Source: a bacterium
GTDB taxonomy: Bacteria; UBA8248
DNA length: 64,000 nucleotides
NCBI GenBank assembly: GCA_965219955.1
Contig: OZ244799.1
Location: forward strand, 1,408,001 to 1,472,000
Reading direction: 5' to 3'
Of this stretch, positions 40,635 through 50,047 are shown one piece after another (the stretch's first letter is position 1; each line of letters begins with the position of its first letter). The notes under the pieces are model-generated. The model worked only from the letters and a program-made list of their open reading frames with translations. It had not been told where the DNA came from and searched no databases. The position numbers were made by a program, and so were the translations under genes.

Positions 40635-40889
40635 CCTCATCCTGAGTAGGCCCGCAGGGCCGTATCGAAGGATTGGGCGAGCAGCGCGCCCCTCGATACG
40701 CGGCTTCGCCGCTACTCGGGGTGAGGAGGAGATCGGATCGCAAGGACGGGCGTGCCGTGCAAAAAATGAAAGACAAAATCTCTGGATTCCGCCTTTCCTC
40801 CTCCCGATCGGAAATAACACCGGAATGACGGCAAACCAGGTATTATTCCGCCCTCACTCGCAGGGGCGGTTCGCGAACCGCCCCTACAG
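40635..40889. repeat. Cluster of REP-C, degenerate REP-B and REP-A
   Basis: CCTCATCCTGAGTAGG...CTACTCGGGGTGAGG, TGGATTCCG...CCGGAATGAC and AGGGGCGGTTCGCGAACCGCCCCTAC. Confidence 0.75.
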
Positions 40890-41024
40890 CCGCCGAATGG
40901 CGACCAAAAGCGAGAATCATCGATTCCTCGCTCGTAATTGACACCCGTTGATCCCCACGCCACCTTCCGCCAGAATGCGCGTTCACTCACATCCGTTTAC
41001 GTTTCACCAGAAAGGGATTCCACC

Positions 41025-41687
41025 ATGCCGATAAACGAAGCCACCGGCCTCTCTCAGGATATGGGCGTCACCGAGGAGATGATGGCCTGCCCCCTGCCCC
41101 GCGTGCCGCTCATCGACCCCGACGACATCCCCGAACACCTGGCCGAAGAACTGGCGCCTCTCTATGAGCGCGGCGTGAAGCGCTGGGGGAAAGTGTCGCG
41201 CTTCCTGCGCCTGCTCGGCTGGGCGCCCGGCTTCGTCGAGGGCTGGCAGATCATGGACGGCAAGCTGAGAGTCCAGCACCGGGACACCGACCCCGAATAC
41301 ATCCACATGGCCCAGCTCGTCATCATCAAGACGGCCATCTTGACCGAATGCAACAACTGACTGGGGCACAACGTCGAGCTCGGTCGGGCTCATGGCATCG
41401 AACAGGAGAAAATCAATCTGCTGGAGGGCGACGGCTGGCGCGAGAGCGACCTCTTTAGCGACAAAGAAAAAGCCGCGGTCTGCTGGGCGGAGGAAGTCAC
41501 GAACCTGACGGCGAAGAATAACGACGCGGCCTTCGAGGCCATGCAGAAACACTTCTCCACCGAACAACTCGTTTCGCTGACCTTGATATGCGGGCTGTGG
41601 AACCTGACGGGCCGCGTGGCCGAGGCCTTGCACCTCGTCGTGGAACCCCCCGGCGAGCGCATCGCGTTTCAGGAGGGTGGTGAGTAG
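41025..41687 (+). CDS. AhpD/carboxymuconolactone decarboxylase-like selenoprotein (TGA at 41358 read as Sec, CxxU)
   Basis: ...LVIIKTAILTEC-NN-U-LGHNVELGRAHGIEQEKI...FSDKEKAA..WAEEVT...HFSTEQLV.LT...GLWN...R. The frame stays open for 108 codons after the TGA and supplies the C-terminal half of the fold. Confidence 0.85.
41376..41391 (+). promoter_or_regulatory. Candidate bacterial SECIS hairpin
   Basis: GAGCTC-GGTC-GGGCTC. The GGUC apical sequence is as in the E. coli fdhF SECIS and starts 22 nt after the UGA. Confidence 0.7.
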
Positions 41688-41730
41688 GGGGAAACAAATC
41701 CAAGTGGAAGGAACTATAGGGGCGCATATG

Positions 41731-42040
41731 GGGCTGTTGAAAAAACCCTGCAATGACGGGATTGCCGTCATTCCGGCGAAAGCCGGAATCCATTTTCAAG
41801 CAGAATGATAATACTACGGCTTTTCATCTCCTCGTCATTGGCGCGAATCGATCAGAAAATAAAAAACAAAGGCAAAACCAAATGGATTCCGGCTCAAGGC
41901 CGGAATGACGAACAAAACCGCACCGTCTCATAGTGGGCCGTTCTTGTGAACGGCCCAAAGTCGCGACCTGTCCCTACAGTCTCTTCCCTGGTCGGCTCCA
42001 TACGCCGAATCACGAAATCAGGGCTTTTTCAACAACCCCC
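41731..42040. mobile_element. Composite MITE-like repeat: TIR shell with REP-B doublet (AT-rich spacer) and REP-A/D fragments
   Basis: GGGCTGTTGAAAAA...GGGCTTTTTCAACAACCCC. The right end abuts the stop codon of the methylase gene. Confidence 0.8.
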
Positions 42041-42904
42041 TCACGCTGCGTGTCCCACCCCGCGCTGATTCTCCACACCCTTCACGGCCAAAACCTCTCG
42101 CGCAGGAGAGCGATCCCCGGTGCAACTGATGCGGCGCGGACCTTCGAGGAACTGAAGGACGAATCCGTTTTTCTCATACAGTTCCACGATTCTATCTGTC
42201 GCCTGGTTCGAGAGGACGACGGGGCCTTCGTGCGCGGCGAGAAATTCCGCGAGGCGCACCTGATCCGCCCAGGAGAAGTCCTCCTTGGCGTATTTGGTGA
42301 ACTCGACGTCATAGGGGGGATCCGCGTAGATGAAATCATCGGGCTCGATGGGGAGCGTCTCGAAGTCTTGGCGCAGAAACTCCCAGCCCTCGAAGACCTC
42401 CCGGTAGGCCGAGAAATCCCGCACGTAGTTGATGCGCTTGTAGCGTCCGAAGGGGACGTTGAACTCCCCTTTGCCATTGAAGCGGCAAAGCCCGTTGTAG
42501 CCCGTGCGGTTGAGATAGTAGAAAAGCTCCGCCGCCTCCTTGTTGCGCCCTCGTCCGCTCATGAGAAGCGCGTTGAACCGCTCCCTGTGGGCGTAGTAGG
42601 CCTCCGCGTCGTTTCGCATGTCGAGCCGGGCGTTCGAGAGACCCTTCTTGAGCCAGGCGTAGAAGTTCATGAGCGGTGCGTTGATGTCGTTCAAAAGCGC
42701 GCGTTCGGGGCGGAGGCCGAGCGCGACCGCCAGCCCCCCGCAGAAAGGCTCCACGAGCCGGCGCTCGCTGTGCTTTTCCCAATACGCTTGGATGTGCGGA
42801 ACGAGCCACCGCTTGCCCCCGGCCCACTTGAGCGGGGGCGTCAATTTTTCATCACGGGTTGTGAGGTTCGGTTTGCGAACTCGCGCTTTCGTGCTTGTTG
42901 CCAT
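42041..42904 (-). CDS. DNA adenine methylase (Dam/D12 family), orphan
   Basis: LKWAGGK, EPF.GG, LND.N, YLN..G.NGL.R.N..G.FNVPFG, DPPY and LSN. Target specificity is not established. Confidence 0.92.
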   Translation of the reverse strand: MATSTKARVRKPNLTTRDEKLTPPLKWAGGKRWLVPHIQAYWEKHSERRLVEPFCGGLAVALGLRPERALLNDINAPLMNFYAWLKKGLSNARLDMRNDAEAYYAHRERFNALLMSGRGRNKEAAELFYYLNRTGYNGLCRFNGKGEFNVPFGRYKRINYVRDFSAYREVFEGWEFLRQDFETLPIEPDDFIYADPPYDVEFTKYAKEDFSWADQVRLAEFLAAHEGPVVLSNQATDRIVELYEKNGFVLQFLEGPRRISCTGDRSPAREVLAVKGVENQRGVGHAA

Positions 42905-42991
42905 GTGGATATCCGAAACGCTTCGGTGGGCGGATGATGCGGACACCATACCACAACCGCCAGCCTGAGCCATCACTCACTGACGCAGCAA

Positions 42992-43132
42992 AGCGATGGT
43001 TTTGTAGGGACAGGCCTCCGTGCCTGTCCTGCCCTTCGTGGTTGTCCTTCGTCAGGACAGGCACGGAGGCCTGTCCCTACGGTGAACAATTCGACGATCG
43101 GGATTCCCTCCCCAGGGGGTTTTTCAACAGCC
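42992..43132. repeat. REP-D doublet with right TIR only
   Basis: Paralogous to 4573-4720; ends TTTTTCAACAGCC. Confidence 0.8.
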
Positions 43133-43205
43133 TCAATTGCGCTCCTTGCTGATTGTTATTACGATCTGACGTGTTATACAAAAGAGACGGAGCAAAGGAG
43201 TGAAA

Positions 43206-43388
43206 ATGGCGAGAAAACGAAAGAACAACGCACCGATGGAGCCGGAGGATCGTCCCCTGACCAAGGAGATGCGGCCGGCTTCGGAAGTCGCGCCTGAGAT
43301 CGTCGAAGCCCACGCACGGGGAGAATTGGGGTATGGAGCCGACCGGGAAGGAAGAGAATTCACTCCCCCCTTGAGGGGGAGTCGATGA
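43206..43388 (+). pseudogene. Short ORF resembling a BrnA-type antitoxin N-terminus, running into REP-E
   Basis: AAGGAG RBS; MARKRKNNAPMEPEDRPLTKEMRPASEVAPEIVEAHARG. The stop codon comes from the repeat. Confidence 0.4.
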
Positions 43389-43521
43389 AGCCGAGCGGTT
43401 TGTGCGAAGGCTGAATCGGTGGGGGGTGAATCGCGTTTATCGCCAATCCGAATTATACCCCCCACCGAATCGCTTGCGGGCTTACGCCCTTAGCTCTTCG
43501 ACTCCCCCTCAAGGGGGGAGT
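43359..43521. repeat. Intact REP-E element
   Basis: Nearly identical to 13406-13570, with nested inverted repeats. Confidence 0.85.
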
Positions 43522-43602
43522 GCATTTCTTTTCTACTCGGTCGGGTTCGACCCATGAGAAACCGCGTTTGGCAACAACGCGGACTGACTTCAGCCGGCCT
43601 CC

Positions 43603-44652
43603 CTACCCCCCGATCTCCTCACGCACGATGGCCGCGCCCTCGGCCATGGACTTGAGCTTGCCGAAGGCGACGTCGCGGTGCATGTATTTCATCCCGCAAT
43701 CGGGCGCCAGGATGAGCCGCTCGGGCGATATGTGATTGAGCGCCGCCCGGATGCGCGCCGCCACCGTTTCGGGCGTTTCGATCTCGGGGTCGTCGTTGTC
43801 GATGACGCCCAGGATGATGGTCTTGTCCGGCAGCTTTTCCAGCACGGCCAGGTCGAGACGCGGCTGTGCCGCCTCGATGGATATCTGGTCGATGTCGCTA
43901 TCGTTGAGTTCGGGCAGGAAGGAATAGGCGTCGGGCTTTCCCAGCCCCTGCCAGGCGTGGATGGCCGCGTAGCCGAAGCACATGTGGAGAGCGGTGGTGC
44001 CCTCGACACCCTTCAAGGCCTCGCCGATCACCTCCACGGCGAATTCCCTGGCAATCTCCGCGCGCGCCTGCATGTAGGGCTCGTCTATCTGCACCACGTC
44101 CGCGCCCGCGGCGAACATGTCCTTCACCTCCTCGTTCACCGCGCGGGCGTAGTCGAGCGCCATCGCGCGCTGATCGCCGCCGTAGTAATCATCCTGCGCC
44201 TGCTGCGTCATGGTGAAGGGCCCCGGCAGGGTAATCTTGATCTCGCGGTCCGTGTTGGCGCGCAGAAACTCCACGTCGCTCACCTCGATGGGCTTGGGGC
44301 GGTGGATTTTGCCCATCACGCGGGGGACGGGATTGTCGCGGCCGGAGCGGTCTTTCGCATAGCCGTGGTTTTCGGTGTCGATGCCGCCCAGGGCCGTGGC
44401 GACGCGGTTCGAATAGCTCTCGCGGCGCACCTCGCCGTCGGAGATGATGTCGATTCCCGCACGCTCCATGTCGCGTATCGCAAGGAGAGTGGCGTCGTCC
44501 TGCGCAGCCTCGAGGAATTCGGGCGGGATGCGCCATATCTCCTGCACGCGCACGCGCGGGGGGAGCCGCGTGGTGAGATTCTCGCGGTCGATGAGCCATT
44601 CCGGCTGGGTGTAGCTGCCCACGACGGTGGTGGGCAGAAGTTTCTCGGTCAT
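43603..44652 (-). CDS. Cobalamin-independent methionine synthase catalytic-domain-only family protein
   Basis: TT.VGS, DGE.RR, PGP.T, QIDEP and zinc ligands H-x-C (HMCFG), E and C (PDCG); 349 aa single barrel. Confidence 0.85.
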   Translation of the reverse strand: MTEKLLPTTVVGSYTQPEWLIDRENLTTRLPPRVRVQEIWRIPPEFLEAAQDDATLLAIRDMERAGIDIISDGEVRRESYSNRVATALGGIDTENHGYAKDRSGRDNPVPRVMGKIHRPKPIEVSDVEFLRANTDREIKITLPGPFTMTQQAQDDYYGGDQRAMALDYARAVNEEVKDMFAAGADVVQIDEPYMQARAEIAREFAVEVIGEALKGVEGTTALHMCFGYAAIHAWQGLGKPDAYSFLPELNDSDIDQISIEAAQPRLDLAVLEKLPDKTIILGVIDNDDPEIETPETVAARIRAALNHISPERLILAPDCGMKYMHRDVAFGKLKSMAEGAAIVREEIGG

Positions 44653-44732
44653 CTTATTACCTCCTCATGTCGCTACAATCAGGCCCGGCTACCCGGTCAT
44701 GTGTCTTGAAAGTTGCGCGGTGCGGTGCAGTT

Positions 44733-45803
44733 TCAGGGCGTCAGCATTACGCGCATCACGCCGTCTTCTCGCGCCTTGAACATGCGCATCGCCTCGTTGA
44801 ACTCATCGAGCGCGAACGAGTGCGTGAGCATTTTATCCGTGGCGATATGGCCGTCGGCGATAATCTGGATCGCCCTCGGGTAGCAATTGGGCGAGCCGCG
44901 CCCGCCGAATATGGCGATCTCGTCGAGCACGATGCGGTCGGTGTTGAAAGACGTCTCCTGGCCACCGTTGATGCCCTCCAGCACCACGCGCCCGCCGCGC
45001 CGCGCCATGTCCACCGCCTGGCGCATCACCTCGGGCGGGCCGGCGCACTCGATAACGAGGTCCACCCCGCGGCCGTCGGTCTCATTCATCACGACCTCGA
45101 CAGGGTCTTCCTTCGTAATGTCGATGGTGCGGTCGGCGCCGAGTTCCTCCGCGATTCCCAGCCGGTAGCCGCGCCCGGTGATGAAGGTCTTGGACGCGCC
45201 CATCATCTTGACGAGCTGGAGGACGGCGAGGCCCAGCAGGCCGGGGCCCAGGATCGCCACGGTGTCGGCCGGCTCCACGCCCCCGCGCTCCAGTGCGTGG
45301 AGCGCGATGACGACCTGGTTCACGATCACCGCGTCCTCCCACTTCATGGAGTCGGGCATCTTGTGGAGGTTGTTCGGGGGCGCCAGACCGTATTCGCTGA
45401 AAGCGCCGTTCGCCGTGTGGCCGAGGAGCTTGTAGCCGCCGTCCGGCTTCGCGGCGTTCTCGCAGATGTGGTAGTCGCCCCGGATGCAGGTGGCGCAGGC
45501 GCCGCAGCCGACCGTCGGCTCCATGATGACGCGGTCGCCCACTTCGAGAGTAGTTTTCGCGCCGCTTCCGATGGCGGCCACCTCCCCCGCCCACTCGTGC
45601 CCCTGGATGAAGGGATAAAAGGGCGGCCACATCGGGCGCATGTGCCCCTCGTAGATATGGATGTCCGTGCCGCAGATGCCGCAGGCGGCGACCTTCACCA
45701 GCACCTGGCCGGGTTCGTAGTCGGGCACGGGAATCTGCTCGATGCGCACCTCGTGCGCGGCGTGCGTGACCGCGGCCTTCATGGTTTCCGGTATATCGCT
45801 CAT
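44733..45803 (-). CDS. Zinc-dependent dehydrogenase (Tdh/sorbitol dehydrogenase-like)
   Basis: GICGTD.H, GHE..G.V, C..C..C.......C and GPG.LG. Confidence 0.9.
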   Translation of the reverse strand: MSDIPETMKAAVTHAAHEVRIEQIPVPDYEPGQVLVKVAACGICGTDIHIYEGHMRPMWPPFYPFIQGHEWAGEVAAIGSGAKTTLEVGDRVIMEPTVGCGACATCIRGDYHICENAAKPDGGYKLLGHTANGAFSEYGLAPPNNLHKMPDSMKWEDAVIVNQVVIALHALERGGVEPADTVAILGPGLLGLAVLQLVKMMGASKTFITGRGYRLGIAEELGADRTIDITKEDPVEVVMNETDGRGVDLVIECAGPPEVMRQAVDMARRGGRVVLEGINGGQETSFNTDRIVLDEIAIFGGRGSPNCYPRAIQIIADGHIATDKMLTHSFALDEFNEAMRMFKAREDGVMRVMLTP

Positions 45804-45848
45804 CTCACTCCCCTCCTTCGCGTAAGAGGATATTGGTATGATTCCGGC

Positions 45849-46493
45849 TCAGCCCTTGGGGCTGAACTGCGTCGCTTTTCTGTCGGGCCGCTGCATGTCG
45901 AACACGTCGTGCGAGCGGCAATAGCCGTTCCCCGCCAGCCGGCCCACGGGCCGGAGCAGAACGGGGTCGATGTATTTCCCCTCCTCGATCATCACGTCCT
46001 CGCGCACGTGCCAGCGCACCACCTCGCCGATGATGACGTTCGTCAGGTGCTCGCGCCCGTTCGTGATGAGGTGGCGAAACTGACACTCCATAGCCACGGG
46101 GGCTTCGGCGATGCGCGGCGCCTTCACGAGGTCGGAATCCATCGGCGTCAGGCCCGCTTCCTCGAACTCGCTCACCTCGAAGGGGTAGTCGTCCGCGCAG
46201 ATGTTCATCTGCTCCTCCAGGCCGTCCACCACCGTGTGGATGACGTAGCCCTGCGTCTCCATGATGTTGCGCGCCGTGTCCTTGTAGGAGCTTTCGCGCA
46301 CGCCCACCGAAATCGAGAGCAGGGGCGGGTCGTGCCCCACGCAGGTGAAGAAGCTGAAGGGCGCCAGGTTCGCGTAGCCGTCAGCACTGATGGTGCTCAC
46401 CCAGGCGATGGGCCTCGGCACGACGGAGCCGACGAGCAGGCGGTAGTTCTGCCGCCAGTGGTTGTCGGCGGGGTCGATGGTTTTATAGTTCAT
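45849..46493 (-). CDS. Flavin reductase family protein
   Basis: V.PRPIAWVST...NLAPFSFF, KDT..NI and P.GRL.G..Y. Confidence 0.9.
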   Translation of the reverse strand: MNYKTIDPADNHWRQNYRLLVGSVVPRPIAWVSTISADGYANLAPFSFFTCVGHDPPLLSISVGVRESSYKDTARNIMETQGYVIHTVVDGLEEQMNICADDYPFEVSEFEEAGLTPMDSDLVKAPRIAEAPVAMECQFRHLITNGREHLTNVIIGEVVRWHVREDVMIEEGKYIDPVLLRPVGRLAGNGYCRSHDVFDMQRPDRKATQFSPKG

Positions 46494-46573
46494 GCGTTTT
46501 CATACTCCTGTCGAAATAAGTCGTTTAGCGCGTCCTTGCGCTGTCGATGGCGGGCGTTTCAAGGCCATAAAAA

Positions 46574-47389
46574 TCAAACGCCATAATCCGCAGACGCCAT
46601 CGCCGATTCCATCGCCGTGAAGCACGCCCCCTGCGGGTCCATGATTCCGCCGATTCTGCCCACGTCGGGGATGTCCATCGGGGGGAACGTCCCCTGCCCG
46701 CCCAGGCCGATTGCCTTCTCGAGCGCGGCGTCGAAATTCTCCACCCCGAAGTACACCCCCCAGTGCGGGGGCATTTCGCCCATCTCGGGCGTGAGTTCGA
46801 GCATCCCGGCGCGCGGCTCCTCGCCGCTCATGAACACCGTGTAGTCCCCGCCCGAGGGGTCGGGCATCACCGTGCTCGTCCAGCCGAATAGTTCGGCATA
46901 AAAAGTTCCGTTGCGTTCCAGGTCTTTCGTGAGCAGTTCGTTCCAGTTGAGCGCGCCCGGCTCGTTCATGACGTCGGCGCCTTTGTGCGCTTTGGGCTGC
47001 CAGAGGCACAGGAACGCCTCGCCCGGGTCGCGGATCATCGCCATGCGGCCCACGTCGAGCACGTCGCACGGCTCCTGGGCGGCCTGACCACCAAGCTCCA
47101 CAGCTTTCTTCACGGTCTCGTCGGCGTTTTCAACCGACACGTAGCTCTGCCAGAAGGAGGGGTGGCCGCTCTCGAGCATTCCCGGAAACATCTCGAACAT
47201 GGCGCAAACCTGTTTTCCGTCTTTCGAGAACATGGTGTAGACGGCTTCCTCCATCACGGGCATATCCTCAAACGTCCAGCCGAACAGGGACGTATAGAAA
47301 TCCTTGGCGACGCCCACTTCTTTCGCCACCAGATCGGCCCAGCAGAAACTCCCCGGTGCGTATTCCTTGACTTCAGACACGAATTTCAT
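46574..47389 (-). CDS. VOC/glyoxalase family protein (two domains)
   Basis: PG..CW.DL...FY..LFGW and GR...I.DP.G, each present twice. Confidence 0.88.
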   Translation of the reverse strand: MKFVSEVKEYAPGSFCWADLVAKEVGVAKDFYTSLFGWTFEDMPVMEEAVYTMFSKDGKQVCAMFEMFPGMLESGHPSFWQSYVSVENADETVKKAVELGGQAAQEPCDVLDVGRMAMIRDPGEAFLCLWQPKAHKGADVMNEPGALNWNELLTKDLERNGTFYAELFGWTSTVMPDPSGGDYTVFMSGEEPRAGMLELTPEMGEMPPHWGVYFGVENFDAALEKAIGLGGQGTFPPMDIPDVGRIGGIMDPQGACFTAMESAMASADYGV

Positions 47390-47503
47390 TCCTCCATTGA
47401 TGACGGCGAATGACAAGAAACGTATTCCTTCATAAACAACGGTAAATAATGATTGGGATGCGGCGGAAAATCATAGCGCGAAGCGGCGGCGGCGAACAAG
47501 CGC

Positions 47504-49639
47504 TCATGCGTCCGCATCGTATTCATACCGCAGACCGTCCGGCTCGTCGGGATCGGCGAGGCGCGAGGCGGGCTCAGGTGCTTCTTCATCCTGCGGCGCC
47601 CCTATCGCCTCCTCTTCCAGCAGCCAGCGATCATAGAGATCATTTGGCAATTCCTCCACGTATCTCGATAGCCTGGAGAACGCGCCCATCTTCCACGCTT
47701 CGCTCTCGATCATGGGCTGGCACATGTAGAGCTCATCCTTCGCGCGCGTGAGGGCGACGTAGAAAAGCCGCCTCTCCTCTTCCTCTCCCTCGGGGTCCGC
47801 CAGGGAGCGCGTCGAGGGGAAGCGCGTGTCGGTGAGCCAGATGAGGAACACCACCTTCCACTCCAGGCCCTTCGCCTGGTGAACCGAGGTCAGGACCATC
47901 GACTCATCCGGCTCGTCGCGCTCGCCAGGCGCAGCGGGGCCGGCTGCGGCGGCCGTTCCCATGAGCGCGAGTTCCGAGAGAAACGCCGTCGCCCCGTCGT
48001 ACTGCACCGCGTATTCAGCAAGCTGGCGCACGTCCTCGATGCGCGTCGGCGCGTCCTCGAAGGTGTTCTCGACGTATTTCTCATAAAACCTGTCCAGCAC
48101 GAGGTTTATCATCTCCGTCGGCGGCAGGGCGGATGGTTTCTCGCCCGCGGTGGCGCGGGGCGCGCCCGTCAGCTCGACGACAAGCTTCCTGAAAATCTCG
48201 AAACTCGCGCGCGCGTTCCCGGGGAGGGAACCCACGCTGCCGCTCTCGAGAAAAGAGAAGGGCTCCTCCCATATACGCACCTGCTCCCAGACCCGGTGCG
48301 CCGTCACGTCTCCCACGCCGGGCAGGAGCTTGAGCGCGCGCTTCCAGGCCAACTCGTCCGAAGGGGAACTCACGAGCCTTAAAAAAGCCGTCACGTCCTT
48401 GATGTGGCGCTGCTCGAAAAAGCGCAGCCCGCTCCTGATCTCGAAGGGAATCCCCCGGCGGGTGAGCTCCATCTGAAGCTCCATCGAGTGGTAGTGCGCC
48501 CGGTAGAGCACCGCGATCTGGGAGAGAGGAACTTCGTCCTCATCGCGCAGCGCGAGCGTGCGGTCGACCACGAAGTCCGCCTGCTGCATGGCGTCGCGCG
48601 CGGCCACGAGGGCGGGCTTCATCCCCTCGCCGCGCGTGGTCTTGAGGTTTTTCTCGAACTGGCGCCTGTTGCGGGCGATGGAGGCGTTGGCGAGCGTCAG
48701 GATGTTGGCCGTGCTCCTGTAGTTCTCCTCCAGGCGGAAGAGCCTGGCGTCGGGGTATCGCTCGGGAAAGGTGATGATGTTCTCGAAATGCGCCCCCCGG
48801 AAGCTGTAGATGCTCTGCGCGTCATCGCCCACCACGGTCACGTTTTTCTGCGCTCCGGCCAACAGGTCCACCAGGTCGGCCTGCACCTTGTTGGTGTCCT
48901 GGTACTCATCCACGAGGATGTAGCGAAAGCGCGTCTGGAGTTCCTGCCGCACCTCCTCGTTTTCGGCGAGCAAATCCCGCGTGAGGGAGAGGAGGCCCGA
49001 GAAATCCACCGCCTGAATCTCTTTCTTGCGCTTCTCGTAGTGGGCGGCGATTTGCTCTATCTCGCCCGCGCGGTCCGCCAGGTATGAGTAGCGATTCAGC
49101 ACCGTCTCCGCGACGCCGCGGTCGGTATCGGCGGCGAGGGCGAAGATCGATTCCAGCACGCGGCCTCTCGGGAAATACTTCTCCTTCGGGTCGAACCCCG
49201 CGAGGCGGATGCACTCGGTGACCAGATCGGCCGCGTCCTCACGGTCCAGGATGGTGAAATTCGGCCCGTAACCGATGAGATTACCGTATCGCCTGAGTAT
49301 CAGATTCCCCACGTGGTGGAACGTGCCGCCCCAGACGCGCCGGGCGTCGGTCTGGATGAGGGAGGCGGCCCGGTGCAGCATCTCGCGCGCGGCCTTGTTC
49401 GTGAAGGTGACGAGGAGGATGGATTCAGGGGTGACGCCGTCTTCCACGAGACGCGCGAGGCGGTAGGTGATGGTGTGCGTCTTTCCGCTGCCTGCGCCCG
49501 CGATGACGAGAAGCGGGCCCCCGCCCGCCATCACGACCTCTAATTGCTGGGGGTTGAGCTTATCCTCATACGCCTTGCGCCGCGCGGGCGAAGCCGCGGG
49601 ACGCTTGATCGTGTATGTCCTGTGCTCTCTCGCGCTCAT
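47504..49639 (-). CDS. UvrD/PcrA-family ATP-dependent helicase
   Basis: AGAGSGKT, TFTNKAA, VDEYQDTN, VGDD.QSIYSFRGA, NYRS, HQAKGLEW and EERRLFYVA.TRA. Confidence 0.95.
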   Translation of the reverse strand: MSAREHRTYTIKRPAASPARRKAYEDKLNPQQLEVVMAGGGPLLVIAGAGSGKTHTITYRLARLVEDGVTPESILLVTFTNKAAREMLHRAASLIQTDARRVWGGTFHHVGNLILRRYGNLIGYGPNFTILDREDAADLVTECIRLAGFDPKEKYFPRGRVLESIFALAADTDRGVAETVLNRYSYLADRAGEIEQIAAHYEKRKKEIQAVDFSGLLSLTRDLLAENEEVRQELQTRFRYILVDEYQDTNKVQADLVDLLAGAQKNVTVVGDDAQSIYSFRGAHFENIITFPERYPDARLFRLEENYRSTANILTLANASIARNRRQFEKNLKTTRGEGMKPALVAARDAMQQADFVVDRTLALRDEDEVPLSQIAVLYRAHYHSMELQMELTRRGIPFEIRSGLRFFEQRHIKDVTAFLRLVSSPSDELAWKRALKLLPGVGDVTAHRVWEQVRIWEEPFSFLESGSVGSLPGNARASFEIFRKLVVELTGAPRATAGEKPSALPPTEMINLVLDRFYEKYVENTFEDAPTRIEDVRQLAEYAVQYDGATAFLSELALMGTAAAAGPAAPGERDEPDESMVLTSVHQAKGLEWKVVFLIWLTDTRFPSTRSLADPEGEEEERRLFYVALTRAKDELYMCQPMIESEAWKMGAFSRLSRYVEELPNDLYDRWLLEEEAIGAPQDEEAPEPASRLADPDEPDGLRYEYDADA

Positions 49640-49828
49640 TGCAATACTCTTTCATGGAGTCCGGGACTGCAGCCCTCAGCCGGCCTTGCGCGGATGAAGC
49701 TTTCCGCCATTCATCCAGGCACTGTAACGCTTCCAGGCGAAACGGACTAACCGCCCATTCAGTTGACAGGCGAAAGCCCCCGAAGATAAGGTGAGTCCAT
49801 ACACGACATCACAGGCCGGAGCGTTCTG

Positions 49829-50020
49829 ATGGGCGGATACCAGAAATTCCTGGACGGCGCGGCCCTGGGCTTTTTCCTGGGATTCATCGCCTTCTATCTG
49901 CTGCACCGCTACATGGCGTCCAGGCGGAAAGAACCGAAAAGCGATGTCGACCGCCTCGTCGACGACATCCAGGACTACTACCGGAACGTCTCCGACCCCG
50001 AGGGCAGGGACTACGACTGA
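49829..50020 (+). CDS. Small single-pass membrane protein
   Basis: 63 aa with one hydrophobic helix, GGAG RBS, GC-rich third codon positions and an upstream TTGACA. Confidence 0.6.
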   Translation: MGGYQKFLDGAALGFFLGFIAFYLLHRYMASRRKEPKSDVDRLVDDIQDYYRNVSDPEGRDYD

Positions 50021-50047
50021 GCCGCGCAGTTCCCCCGCGGCGCATTC

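Noticed and set aside
40938-41360. Truncated CMD gene or pseudogene
   Set aside because: The stop is a TGA at a catalytic Cys column, with an intact downstream frame and a SECIS-like hairpin; Sec recoding fits better.
44667-46586. 639-aa plus-strand ORF and similar long antisense ORFs (7651, 17182, 18879, 58051, 59515)
   Set aside because: These are high-GC codon-bias shadows of well-supported genes on the opposite strand.
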